From Tannerellaceae bacterium (lineage in GTDB: Bacteria > Bacteroidota > Bacteroidia > Bacteroidales > CAMTPD01), in contig JBOGCF010000015.1 of assembly GCA_051656605.1 (NCBI GenBank), positions 19,527 to 83,526 on the forward strand: a stretch of 64,000 nt of DNA, given 5' to 3'. Under the pieces are notes generated by a model that worked only from the letters and a program-made list of their open reading frames with translations, ran no database searches and had not been told where the DNA came from. Below, one piece after another: positions 1-9,400 of this stretch. A program made the translations under genes and the position numbers. The number at the start of each line of letters is the position of its first letter. Within the stretch, counting starts at the first letter, position 1.

Positions 1-288
1 TACTTTTTGTTCGTGAGCTTGTACTGCCAGAAATGCCTCAAGCGGGTTGTCCCAGCTATTTTTTACTTCGCCGATTGGTCGAAGTTCAGGCTTGCCGTTT
101 CGTGCCACTACAAAATTAATAAGCTTCATAGCGTGATCTTGCTCTTCTTTAAACTGAACAAGGTTCCAATTTGCAATGCCCGGATATCCTGCGGCAGCAA
201 AATGAGCAGACATTGCTAAGTAGAAATAACCAGACCATAACTCGGCATTGATTTGTGCATTTAATGCTTCTTGAATTTGTGGATTCAT
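1..288 (-). CDS. ftnA: ferritin, N-terminal 96 codons only (the 3' end lies beyond the window start)
   Basis: Absent from the ORF track because it runs off the window. The reverse complement of 1-288 reads MNPQIQEALNAQINAELWSGYFYLAMSAHFAAAGYPGIANWNLVQFKEEQDHAMKLINFVVARNG..., with the ATG as the complement of 286-288. The spacing of E/Y/E..H ligands is ferritin-like. The 7..219 + ORF is its antisense shadow. Confidence 0.75.
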   Translation of the reverse strand, partial: MNPQIQEALNAQINAELWSGYFYLAMSAHFAAAGYPGIANWNLVQFKEEQDHAMKLINFVVARNGKPELRPIGEVKNSWDNPLEAFLAVQAHEQKV

Positions 289-304
289 ACGATTCTATTT
301 TAGA

Positions 305-3163
305 TTAATCATTAATAGTACAACAAGAAACTACCGGAATAAGATTTCGATCGCCAAAGGCATTATCGATACGAGCTACATTAATCCAGAATTTATTGTC
401 TTCGATCCATTTACATGGATAGGCTGCTTTGCTTCGTGGATAAGTATGTTTCCATTCATCGGCAGTTATTTCATATTGAGGGTGCGGTGCATTGATCAAC
501 ACATTGTCTTCTTTCGAAGCTTTGCCGGTTGCAACCTCTTGTATTTCGTTCCATATCGTAAGCATTGCTTCGGTGAACTGATCGAGCTCGCGTAGGCTTT
601 CGCTTTCTGTTGGTTCGATCATCAATGTGCCATGTACAGGAAACGAAAGAGTAGGAGCATGGTATCCGTAGTCCATCAAGCGCTTGGCTATATCACTTTC
701 GGTAATACCAGACATCTCTTTGATGTTGCGGCACTCGAGGATAAGTTCGTGTCCTACACGTCCCGATTCGGAAGTGTAAACAATGCCATATGTATCCTTG
801 AGTTTCGACGCTAGGTAATTGGCATTTAATATAGCAGTTCTTGTTACAGCTTCTAGACCTTCGGCTCCAAGCATGCGAATGTATCCGTAGGTAATTGCTA
901 AAATGCCTGCACTTCCATAAGGAGCAGATGATACGGTATTGAGATCACTACCCCATGCAATTGGGTGCTGAGGTAAGAATGGAACCAAATGTTTGGCTAC
1001 GCCGATAGGGCCTTCGCCCGGGCCACCACCACCATGAGGAATGGCAAAGGTTTTATGCAAGTTGAGGTGGCATACGTCAGCTCCGATAAATCCCGGATTG
1101 GTAAGTCCGACTTGAGCATTCATATTGGCACCATCCATATAAACTTGTCCGCCGTTTTCGTGAACGATATTGCAGAGTGTTCGAATTTCTTTTTCAAAGA
1201 TACCGTGAGTGGATGGATAGGTGATCATTGCAGCTGCCAAATTGTGCTTGTGCAATTCTGCTTTTGCGCGCATATCATCTACGTCAATATTCCCACGGTC
1301 GTCGCATTTTACAGTGACAGTTTCGAATCCTGCCTGAATTGCACTTGCCGGATTGGTGCCGTGTGCGGATGCTGGGATTAAAACGATGTTGCGCTGGCCT
1401 TCGCCTATGCTTCGTAAGTATTCACGAATCACGCGTAGACCTGCATATTCTCCAGCTGCACCAGAGTTGGGTTGGAAACTCATTGCCGCAAATCCGGTGA
1501 TTTCACATAGATATTCATTCAGATTTTCGATCATCTCCATGTATCCGGCAACTTGATCCTCGGGTGCATACGGGTGGATTAATGCCAATCCCGGTAAGTT
1601 GAGAGGAAGCAACTCGGAGGCTGCATTGAGCTTCATGGTACAAGATCCGAGTGAGATCATCGAATGAGCAAGAGAAATATCGCGACGTTCCAATTTCTTG
1701 ATATAGCGCATCAACTCAGTTTCTGTATGGTAGCTGTTGAATACTTCCTGCTCCATAAATGGCGTGATGCGTACTAGCTCGGGGGATATGTTGAGCTTTT
1801 GCTCGAAGTCATCACATAGCATGTAGTCTTTTCCTGCTGCTCCGGCAAAAATATAAAGTAGTACGCCGAGATCAGAAGGTTGTGTTGTTTCATCAAGACT
1901 AATACCTACTCGTCCGTCATCAAAATAACGCAAATTGACCATGCACTCTAATGCGATCTCGTGAAGCGCATCTAGAGAAACGTGAGCCGGAAGTTCTATA
2001 TATAATGTGTCAAATAGGTTTTTATTGAGTTGCTTGTAGCCCAATTGTTTCAACTCTGTAGATAAGAATGTTGCATATGTATGGATACGAGTAGCAATAT
2101 CTTTGAGTCCGTCAGGTCCTTGGTATACTCCATAGAATCCGGCCATTGTGGCTAGTAATGCCTGTGCAGTGCAAATATTTGAGGTGGCTTTTTCTCGTTT
2201 GATGTGTTGCTCGCGGGTTTGCAAAGCCATTCGATATGCCGGTTTTCCATAGGCATCTTTCGAAATGCCGATAATACGTCCCGGAATGTTTCGTTTGTAT
2301 TCGTCATGTGTAGCAAAGTAAGCTGCAGAAGGACCCCCAAAGAACATTGGGATACCAAAGCGTTGTGATGTGCCGAATACAACGTCTGCGCCCCACTCTC
2401 CGGGAGGAACAAGGATGGCTAAACTTAGCAGGTCGGCTGCAACGGCAACTTTAACACCTGCCTCATGTGCTGAGGAGACAAAAGATCTGTAGTCTTCAAC
2501 GCTTCCTACTTCGTTTGGGTATTGGATTACGACAGCGAAGTATTTAGGGTCGGGCTTAAAGTTTTGATATCTTCCTGTTTCAATGGTGATTCCCTGAGGG
2601 ATAGCTCTTGTGTGAATTACTGCACGGGTAGAAGCAAAAACATTCTCATCAATAAATACCGTATTGGCATTGTTTTTTATCTGTTCGCGACTACGAGCAT
2701 TGTGAAACATGGTTACTGCTTCAGCTCCGGCAGTTGCTTCATCGAGTAACGAGCAATTAGCTAGTGGCATTCCGGTAAGTTCTGATATCATTGTTTGGAA
2801 GTTGATCAGAGCTTCAAGTCTGCCTTGTGATATTTCAGCTTGATAAGGCGTGTAGGAGGTATACCAAACCGGATTTTCAAATACATTGCGAAGAATAGGT
2901 GCAGGGGTAACGGTGTCATACCAGCCCATCCCAATGTAAGAAGTGAAGACCTCATTTTTTGAAGCAAGCTCAAACATGTGTTCGGCAAACTCTCTTTCCG
3001 TCATCGGGTCTGGTAATGATAATGACTCTTTTAGTAATATATCTTTCGGAATAACTTGACTGATGAGTTCGTTTACAGAACTTACGCCAATAGATTTCAG
3101 CATTGCCGGAAGATCTTTCACAGCAATGCCGAGGTGTCGATTAACAAAATTAGTTGTGTCCAT
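305..3163 (-). CDS. gcvP: glycine dehydrogenase (decarboxylating), single-chain P-protein of the glycine cleavage system
   Basis: 952-aa ORF of the full-length GcvP size. The PLP-lysine context NLHKTFAIPHGGGGPG matches the conserved GcvP motif. Confidence 0.95.
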   Translation of the reverse strand: MDTTNFVNRHLGIAVKDLPAMLKSIGVSSVNELISQVIPKDILLKESLSLPDPMTEREFAEHMFELASKNEVFTSYIGMGWYDTVTPAPILRNVFENPVWYTSYTPYQAEISQGRLEALINFQTMISELTGMPLANCSLLDEATAGAEAVTMFHNARSREQIKNNANTVFIDENVFASTRAVIHTRAIPQGITIETGRYQNFKPDPKYFAVVIQYPNEVGSVEDYRSFVSSAHEAGVKVAVAADLLSLAILVPPGEWGADVVFGTSQRFGIPMFFGGPSAAYFATHDEYKRNIPGRIIGISKDAYGKPAYRMALQTREQHIKREKATSNICTAQALLATMAGFYGVYQGPDGLKDIATRIHTYATFLSTELKQLGYKQLNKNLFDTLYIELPAHVSLDALHEIALECMVNLRYFDDGRVGISLDETTQPSDLGVLLYIFAGAAGKDYMLCDDFEQKLNISPELVRITPFMEQEVFNSYHTETELMRYIKKLERRDISLAHSMISLGSCTMKLNAASELLPLNLPGLALIHPYAPEDQVAGYMEMIENLNEYLCEITGFAAMSFQPNSGAAGEYAGLRVIREYLRSIGEGQRNIVLIPASAHGTNPASAIQAGFETVTVKCDDRGNIDVDDMRAKAELHKHNLAAAMITYPSTHGIFEKEIRTLCNIVHENGGQVYMDGANMNAQVGLTNPGFIGADVCHLNLHKTFAIPHGGGGPGEGPIGVAKHLVPFLPQHPIAWGSDLNTVSSAPYGSAGILAITYGYIRMLGAEGLEAVTRTAILNANYLASKLKDTYGIVYTSESGRVGHELILECRNIKEMSGITESDIAKRLMDYGYHAPTLSFPVHGTLMIEPTESESLRELDQFTEAMLTIWNEIQEVATGKASKEDNVLINAPHPQYEITADEWKHTYPRSKAAYPCKWIEDNKFWINVARIDNAFGDRNLIPVVSCCTIND

Positions 3164-3181
3164 GTGGTATTGTATTATTTT

Positions 3182-3820
3182 TTATCGTAAAAAAGTGTTG
3201 GTCCTTTTTTCGTATCCGATGGTGGTTTCGGGTCCATGACCAGAATACACTACGGTATCGTCGGGCAACGCAAGCAATTTAGATTTAATTCCTGAGATAA
3301 GCAAATCATAATTGCCTCCCCACAAATCGGTACGTCCGATGCTGCCTTTAAATATGATATCTCCAACAAAAACAGCTTTTGCTTTTTCACAATAAAATGC
3401 TAAACCTCCCGGAGAGTGTCCCGGTATAAGAATTGCTTTTAGTGTAGTGTTGCCAAAACGCACTGTTTCGCCGTCATTGATAAACTGTGTAACCTCGGAT
3501 CCATCTCTTCGAAGCTTGATTCCAAAAGGTTGAGATTGCATCGCTAAGCTTGGAAGTAGAGTGACTTCTGCTTCGTTTGTGATTGGAGATAAACCATATT
3601 GCTCTTCCAAAAAAGCATTCCCAAAAGCATGATCGAGATGCAGGTGAGTATTTAAAACGAGTTTTAAAGACAGGTTGTGATCTGTCAAATAATTTTTAAA
3701 TAACTCTTCCTCTTCCGGAAAATAGCAGCCGCAGTCAATCACTGCAGCTTCTCCGGTTTCGTCAGAGATAAGATATGTATTTACCGGGAAATGATTGAAT
3801 TCAAATTTCTTTATTTGCAT
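3182..3820 (-). CDS. MBL-fold metallo-hydrolase (glyoxalase II-like)
   Basis: HLHLDH (HxHxDH) zinc motif, a later PGHSPGG, and GDIIFKGSIGRTD, typical of the YcbL/GloB-like branch. Confidence 0.85.
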   Translation of the reverse strand: MQIKKFEFNHFPVNTYLISDETGEAAVIDCGCYFPEEEELFKNYLTDHNLSLKLVLNTHLHLDHAFGNAFLEEQYGLSPITNEAEVTLLPSLAMQSQPFGIKLRRDGSEVTQFINDGETVRFGNTTLKAILIPGHSPGGLAFYCEKAKAVFVGDIIFKGSIGRTDLWGGNYDLLISGIKSKLLALPDDTVVYSGHGPETTIGYEKRTNTFLR

Positions 3821-4437
3821 AATGGTACGTATACAATCTTTTTGGTTTCAAAAAACGGCTCTTCGTAAAACTCTGTTAGGCTTGCTGTTTCTGCCATGTT
3901 TTTGAATGGAAGAATTTCGTGTTGAAGCTCTCCACCCTTTAAGCAGATAAGTCCATTTGGCAATGCGTTGATTTGCTCTTTTTTGATGTTCTTGCGAACA
4001 ATCTTAACAAGATCTTCTAATGGCATTACGGCGCGACTAACAACAAAGTCGAATAATGCTTTTTCTTCTTGCGCTCGAGCATGTTTGAATGAAATGTTTT
4101 CAAGACCAATCGCTTGAGAAACCTCAGATGCAACTTTGATCTTTTTGCCAATACTATCTACTAAGTGAAAATGAACATTAGGGAACATAATAGCCAAAGG
4201 TACACCCGGAAATCCACCGCCGGTACCGACGTCCATAATTTGTGAGCCATCTTTGAAGTTGATGAACTTTGCGATACTCAAAGAGTGAAGTACGTGATGC
4301 AGGTAAAGGTTTTCGATGTCTTTACGAGAAATTACGTTGATTTTAGAGTTCCAGTCTAGATACAGATCGTAGAGAGCCGCAAATTGCTCTTTTTGTTTGT
4401 CTGTAAGATTGTTGAAGTATTTAAGTATATATTCCAT
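3811..4437 (-). CDS. rsmG: 16S rRNA (guanine527-N7)-methyltransferase
   Basis: 208 aa with the SAM-binding motif DVGTGGGFPGVPLAI and GidB/RsmG size. Overlaps the downstream MBL gene by 10 nt. Confidence 0.9.
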   Translation of the reverse strand: MEYILKYFNNLTDKQKEQFAALYDLYLDWNSKINVISRKDIENLYLHHVLHSLSIAKFINFKDGSQIMDVGTGGGFPGVPLAIMFPNVHFHLVDSIGKKIKVASEVSQAIGLENISFKHARAQEEKALFDFVVSRAVMPLEDLVKIVRKNIKKEQINALPNGLICLKGGELQHEILPFKNMAETASLTEFYEEPFFETKKIVYVPLCK

Positions 4438-4439
4438 AT

Positions 4440-5282
4440 TTAATTAAATGCAAGGTGAGAAATCGGGCTTTCGGGACGCAATAACGGAGCAAGCTCTTCG
4501 TACGTAAAGCGTACATGTATCGGTCCTATTACGTAGGCTGCGATTTCGTATTCATTGTATGTATAAGTAATACCAAGTTCGTCTACAAAAAAGTTGTTAT
4601 TAGGGACGATATCTTCTACGCTAAAATAACCAATATTCTCTAGTTCTTTCGGATCTTTGACATCATTAGCTTCACAAATTTTATCAACAATCATCTTAGA
4701 TAATAAGTCTTGGTAGTTTTCGTGAAAGATCTCACTTTCCTTGATTTGTTCTCCGTTGTTTAGATTGAGAGCATAGTTATTGTATGTATGCGATCCATGA
4801 GCACCACCGGTATAAGCTTCAGTAGAAACAACGAAAGATAAGATGTCGTTTTTATTGAATTTAATGTCATTTGAAGACATCTCATAGTACGAATACCAAG
4901 CGCCGGAGTCTTTGCCTTTTTCGATTTCAGCCTCAAACTCAGGCTCCAACTCTTTATATGTGTTGATGTAGTCCTGAATGTATTTATTTACTGCATCGCG
5001 AGGAGGTAATTGGGTGTAGCTGTCTCCAAAATATGTTGCAATAAACTTACGTTGTATTTTTGATAAAATAGCTGAATCCACATATTGTTCAGGAAAAGAA
5101 AATTTTATCTGTAGATTACAATTGGGATTATTCCCATCGTCGAGAAGATTATATGATTCTTCTTTTTCGATTGTTTCGAATGATAGGTTATTCTCTTTTA
5201 GTTTTTTCTCTTCGTTGCAAGAGGTTATACACGTAAAAAATAGAATAACTACCATGAGTCTTGAGATATAACTCATATGCAT
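4440..5282 (-). CDS. DUF3298/DUF4163-type lipoprotein (RsiV-like fold)
   Basis: Signal peptide with lipobox (FFTCITSC). The central YTGGAHGSHTYNNYALNL motif is characteristic of DUF3298 proteins. Confidence 0.7.
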   Translation of the reverse strand: MHMSYISRLMVVILFFTCITSCNEEKKLKENNLSFETIEKEESYNLLDDGNNPNCNLQIKFSFPEQYVDSAILSKIQRKFIATYFGDSYTQLPPRDAVNKYIQDYINTYKELEPEFEAEIEKGKDSGAWYSYYEMSSNDIKFNKNDILSFVVSTEAYTGGAHGSHTYNNYALNLNNGEQIKESEIFHENYQDLLSKMIVDKICEANDVKDPKELENIGYFSVEDIVPNNNFFVDELGITYTYNEYEIAAYVIGPIHVRFTYEELAPLLRPESPISHLAFN

Positions 5283-5398
5283 ATTATATGAAATTTATTG
5301 TTGTTCTGCGGATTCGTTATTACCGCAAATATATTTCTTTATTTTCGCATGGTCTTTTAAAATAGTATAAAATTAATTGTTGACCAAGTTTATGTTGT

Positions 5399-5406
5399 TA
5401 TCTTTG
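5399..5406 (+). promoter_or_regulatory. Bacteroidota -7 promoter motif (TAnnTTTG) for the metal-receptor cluster
   Basis: TATCTTTG, ending 14 nt before the ATG at 5420. Confidence 0.4.
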
Positions 5407-5419
5407 TAACGTAATTCAC

Positions 5420-5866
5420 ATGAAGAAGTTTATTCAACATATCATCATTTTGTTTCTTGCGGCAACGATTTCATACGCTGGCGCAGGAATTAACATATAC
5501 AGCTACTGTTGTTCTGATTGTAGTGTATATGGTGCTGATGTTATATTGGCAAACAAGTGTTGTGAAACACACCATCATCATCACGACCATGAAACAATGC
5601 CGGGTGAAAATGATGTTTGTCATGATCATGCACAAGATGAGTCTTGTTGCTCACTTGAAAATGTATCATTTGATTGGAGCCAAGTGCTAGCGAGCAATAT
5701 TTTTATTCAGGCTCCGGTGTTTGTTGCTGGGATTGAAGACTTATTGTCGATTACGCCAACCTCAGGATCTTCTTTTTATTCTGAGTTAAATCCTCATATT
5801 TTTAGTGATCCGCCGTTTAATGAACCGCGGACTTATCTTGCCTTTATCCGCGTTTTACTTATTTGA
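5420..5866 (+). CDS. exported or membrane-anchored Cys/His-rich small protein
   Basis: N-terminal hydrophobic segment, then 8 Cys (three CC doublets) and 8 His (THHHHHDH, CHDH) within residues ~29-79. First gene of the receptor cluster. A TAnnTTTG motif lies 14 nt upstream. Confidence 0.6.
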   Translation: MKKFIQHIIILFLAATISYAGAGINIYSYCCSDCSVYGADVILANKCCETHHHHHDHETMPGENDVCHDHAQDESCCSLENVSFDWSQVLASNIFIQAPVFVAGIEDLLSITPTSGSSFYSELNPHIFSDPPFNEPRTYLAFIRVLLI

Positions 5867-5970
5867 TTTATCGATTTTACTTGAATTCATGATTTGAGGT
5901 GTATCATTGTGTGATACAGCTTCGACTCGTTATGTGTGTTTAATTAAATCAATAATCAAAGATATAATCA

Positions 5971-8160
5971 ATGAGAACGCTATTTCTTATCATTAATCTA
6001 TTCATTATAAGTATAACTTTATCTGCCAAAGATCTTGTAAAAGGTGTTGTTTTAGATACTGCCAATGAGCCATTGGTGGGTGCAAATGTAGTATGGGAAG
6101 GAACTACGAAAGGTGTAACAACGAATGTAGAAGGTCAATTCGAAATAGAAAAAACAAAGAAGGCAAACAAACTAACAATTTCATATATTGGATATTCTCC
6201 GGTAACAATCGAAGTAACGAAAGCGAATGAATCTAGCATAAAAGTAATCATGAAAGATGAAATAGAACTAGATGAAGTCGTGGTTACACAGCGAGCTATC
6301 GGGACAATCAGTTCACGAACCAGCGTGTTACAAACGCAAAAGATTACATACGATGAGCTTTGTCGTGCAGCCTGTTGTAATTTGGCAGAAAGTTTTGTGA
6401 CAAACCCCTCTGTTGATGTATCATATAGCGATGCAGCGACTGGGGCTCGTCAAATTAAATTGTTGGGTCTTTCCGGTACATATGTGCAGATGTTGACAGA
6501 GAATTATCCAAATTTTCGTGGTGCTGCAGCCTTATACGGTTTGGATTATGTTCCGGGGCCTTGGATGGAAAGCATTCAAGTGTCAAAAGGAACTTCATCA
6601 GTAAAGAACGGTTATGAGGCTTTGGCCGGACAGATCAATGTGGAATACAAGAAACCTCCTACAGCAGATATTTTTTCTGGAAATTTGTTTTTGGCAGATA
6701 ATGGACGCGTTGAAGTGAATGCGGATGCAGCTGCTCACTTTTCCGATAAGTTGTCGAGTGGTTTGATGATTCATTATTCGAATGAAACCAAATCTCACGA
6801 TGATAATGAAGATGGTTTTCTCGATACACCAATGAAAGAGCAATATAATATTATGAATCGTTGGTATTATACGAATGGAAAGTTCATGTCTCAGTTTGGT
6901 TTAAAGTATTTGCATGAAACCCGTACTTCGGGAGAAGACATTTCACATCATCAATTAGATCGAGATCCTTATCGAATTCATTTAGAGTCGAATCGTGCGG
7001 AATTCTTTACTAAAAACGGCTATATATTTGATAAAGCAACCAATGAAAGTCTTGCTCTAATCTTTACAGGCGCTTATCATGAGCAAAAGTCGAAGTATGC
7101 GCTTACACCGTATAATGTATATCAAAACAACCTATATGCGAGTTTGATGTACGAAAAAGAATACTCAACAATGCACAAATTAAGTGCAGGATTGAGTATG
7201 AATTACGACGACTTTAATGAGAATTTATTACATAATCCTTTCAAGCAATCAGAAGTTGTAACGGGAGCATATGGTGAATATACCTTCAATTGGAATGATA
7301 AAGTGATTCTTTTGGCCGGATTGCGAGGCGATTATAGTTCGGTGTATAATTTCTTTGTGACACCACGTATGCACTTGAAGTATAACCCGACATCTTGGTT
7401 TAATATTCGAGGCTCAATAGGAATGGGATATCGCACGCCACACGTGTTGGCAGAAAATAACTTCTTGTTGGCAAGTAGCCGTAAGATCATTATCGCAGAT
7501 AATCTTGATCAAGAGAAAGCTTGGAATACGGGAATTAACTTGTCATTCTATATTCCGATAGCAGGTAAAGATCTTACACTTAATGCAGAATGGTATTATA
7601 CCGACTTCAAGAATCAGGTCGTAGTAGATATGGATTCTAATCCACACGAAGTAAGTTTTTATAATCTGAAAGGGAAATCTTATTCGCACAACATGCAGGT
7701 AGAGGCTACTTATCCTTTCTTTAGAGGTTTTACGCTTACAGCAGCTTATCGCTATACGGATGCAAAAACGAACTACAAAGGCGTGTTGAGAAAAAGACCT
7801 TTGGTGAGTGATTACAAAGGGTTGGTAACAGCATCATATCAGACTCCTTTAAAGAAATGGCAATTTGATGCAACTGCTCAGTTTAACGGAGGAGGTCGTA
7901 TGCCGGAGCCTGATGCCGTGAGCCCTTTGTGGGATACAACGTTTAAGCCATATACAATGCTTAGTGCCCAAGTAACAAAGTATTTCAGAACATGGTCGGT
8001 ATATGCGGGAGGAGAAAACCTTTTGAATTTTACGCAAAATAATCCTATCATTGCAGCGAACGATCCTTTTGGGGATAACTTTGATAGCTCTATGATTTGG
8101 GGACCAGTGCACGGACGTAAGTTTTACATCGGTGTTCGATTTAATATTAGTAGAGATTAA
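5971..8160 (+). CDS. TonB-dependent receptor with N-terminal carboxypeptidase-regulatory-like domain
   Basis: 729 aa with a signal peptide. The CarboxypepD_reg-like segment is GVVLDTANEPLVGANVVWEGTTKGVTTNVEGQFEI. A plug region follows, then a long amphipathic beta-strand barrel. Confidence 0.9.
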   Translation: MRTLFLIINLFIISITLSAKDLVKGVVLDTANEPLVGANVVWEGTTKGVTTNVEGQFEIEKTKKANKLTISYIGYSPVTIEVTKANESSIKVIMKDEIELDEVVVTQRAIGTISSRTSVLQTQKITYDELCRAACCNLAESFVTNPSVDVSYSDAATGARQIKLLGLSGTYVQMLTENYPNFRGAAALYGLDYVPGPWMESIQVSKGTSSVKNGYEALAGQINVEYKKPPTADIFSGNLFLADNGRVEVNADAAAHFSDKLSSGLMIHYSNETKSHDDNEDGFLDTPMKEQYNIMNRWYYTNGKFMSQFGLKYLHETRTSGEDISHHQLDRDPYRIHLESNRAEFFTKNGYIFDKATNESLALIFTGAYHEQKSKYALTPYNVYQNNLYASLMYEKEYSTMHKLSAGLSMNYDDFNENLLHNPFKQSEVVTGAYGEYTFNWNDKVILLAGLRGDYSSVYNFFVTPRMHLKYNPTSWFNIRGSIGMGYRTPHVLAENNFLLASSRKIIIADNLDQEKAWNTGINLSFYIPIAGKDLTLNAEWYYTDFKNQVVVDMDSNPHEVSFYNLKGKSYSHNMQVEATYPFFRGFTLTAAYRYTDAKTNYKGVLRKRPLVSDYKGLVTASYQTPLKKWQFDATAQFNGGGRMPEPDAVSPLWDTTFKPYTMLSAQVTKYFRTWSVYAGGENLLNFTQNNPIIAANDPFGDNFDSSMIWGPVHGRKFYIGVRFNISRD

Positions 8161-8190
8161 TTTACTCACACTATAAACAATAAATAAGTT

Positions 8191-8589
8191 ATGAAGAAAC
8201 ATTTAGTAATGTTGATGAGCTGCCTTATGATGTTGGCAGTATCTGTATCTGCGTATGCGGAAAAGAAAAACGGAAAAGAGACGGTTGAGTTTTTTATTGA
8301 AGAGCTTGATTGTCCGTCTTGTGTAAAGAAAATTGAGAAGAATATTGCGTTTGAGAAAGGAGTAACAGACATCAAGTGTGACTTGAAAGCTCGCACTGTA
8401 GATGTAACCTTTAAAACCGATAAAACAAGCAAAGCAAAATTGATTTCGGCTTTTAAGAAGCTTGAGTTGCCTGCTGTAGAAGTTGATAAAGATGCAACAT
8501 GTGCACGTCCGGCAGAGAAAGCAACCTGTTGTCCGGGTCATGATCATAAAGAAGATACATCTAAAACCAAGAAAGAACACAAACATTGA
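8191..8589 (+). CDS. exported heavy-metal-associated (HMA) domain protein with Cys/His tail
   Basis: Signal peptide MKKHLVMLMSCLMMLAVSVSAYA. HMA core EELDCPSCVKKIEKNI has CxxC in the MxCxxC position. The C-terminus is CCPGHDHKED...KEHKH. Confidence 0.8.
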   Translation: MKKHLVMLMSCLMMLAVSVSAYAEKKNGKETVEFFIEELDCPSCVKKIEKNIAFEKGVTDIKCDLKARTVDVTFKTDKTSKAKLISAFKKLELPAVEVDKDATCARPAEKATCCPGHDHKEDTSKTKKEHKH

Positions 8590-8686
8590 TCTTCTATGAT
8601 TTTAGTCTTTCAGAGTCGTAAATGTTAAGATGTAGGATTCTGATGAACAATATTGTGCATTTTAAAAACAACATTGTATATTTGCT

Positions 8687-8722
8687 ATCCCCGATATGCT
8701 GGTGCGTATCGGGGATTTTTTT
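8687..8722 (+). terminator. rho-independent terminator after the HMA gene
   Basis: ATCCCCGATA / TATCGGGGAT 10-bp stem followed by TTTTTT. Confidence 0.8.
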
Positions 8723-8816
8723 CGTTTATGAAAAAAGTTAGAACAATATGCAGCATATTGTTTAGTGAATTCATCTATAATATATAACCTTTACTTTAGG
8801 TACCTAATTTAACTGA

Positions 8817-9359
8817 ATGACTGAAGCACAACTGATAGAGGGTTGCAAGAAAGGGGACCGAAAGTCCCAAAAGAAGCTTTATGATACCTATGCCGCTAAA
8901 ATGATGGCTGTTTGTTTTCGCTATACTGGCGATAAAGAAGCAGCTAGAGATATGCTGCAAGATGGTTTTATAAAGGTTTTCTTGAATCTTGAATCCTATG
9001 CAGGTATCGGTTCATTCGAAGGGTGGATGAGACGCGTTTTTATTAATTGCTGTTTGGAGATCTTAAGAAAGAACGATCCATTGAGGGAATCTGAAGATTT
9101 GGAGACAACCTATCATTTACATGATGTTCAAGCTTCAGTCTTAGAAGAGATTTCAGCTAAAGAAATTTTAGGCTTGGTTAGTGAGTTGCCTGCGGGTTTT
9201 CGCACAGTATTTAATTTATTCGCAATAGAAGGATATTCTCATAAAGAGATCGGAGAAATGCTTGAGATTACTGAAAGTACGTCTCGTTCTCAGTTTACAA
9301 GAGCAAAGCAAGTCTTGCAAAAGAGAGTTGCCGAGCTTTATCAAAGCACAGAAACTTAA
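8817..9359 (+). CDS. RNA polymerase ECF-type sigma-70 factor
   Basis: 180 aa. Region 2 (FRYTGDKEAARDMLQDGFIKVF) and region 4 HTH (EGYSHKEIGEMLEITESTSRSQFTRAKQ) are present. Confidence 0.9.
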   Translation: MTEAQLIEGCKKGDRKSQKKLYDTYAAKMMAVCFRYTGDKEAARDMLQDGFIKVFLNLESYAGIGSFEGWMRRVFINCCLEILRKNDPLRESEDLETTYHLHDVQASVLEEISAKEILGLVSELPAGFRTVFNLFAIEGYSHKEIGEMLEITESTSRSQFTRAKQVLQKRVAELYQSTET

Positions 9360-9400
9360 CTTAACATCAGAACTTTACGATTTTGAATTATTTATAAAAG

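Noticed and set aside
7-219. 70-aa plus-strand ORF at the window start.
   Set aside because: The opposite strand encodes a clean ferritin N-terminus whose ATG is the complement of 286-288. The plus ORF is its shadow.
5457-5690. 77-aa ORF overlapping the Cys/His-rich gene in another frame.
   Set aside because: The 5420 frame has a signal sequence, a promoter motif immediately upstream and a coherent metal-ligand pattern. The alternative frame has none of these.
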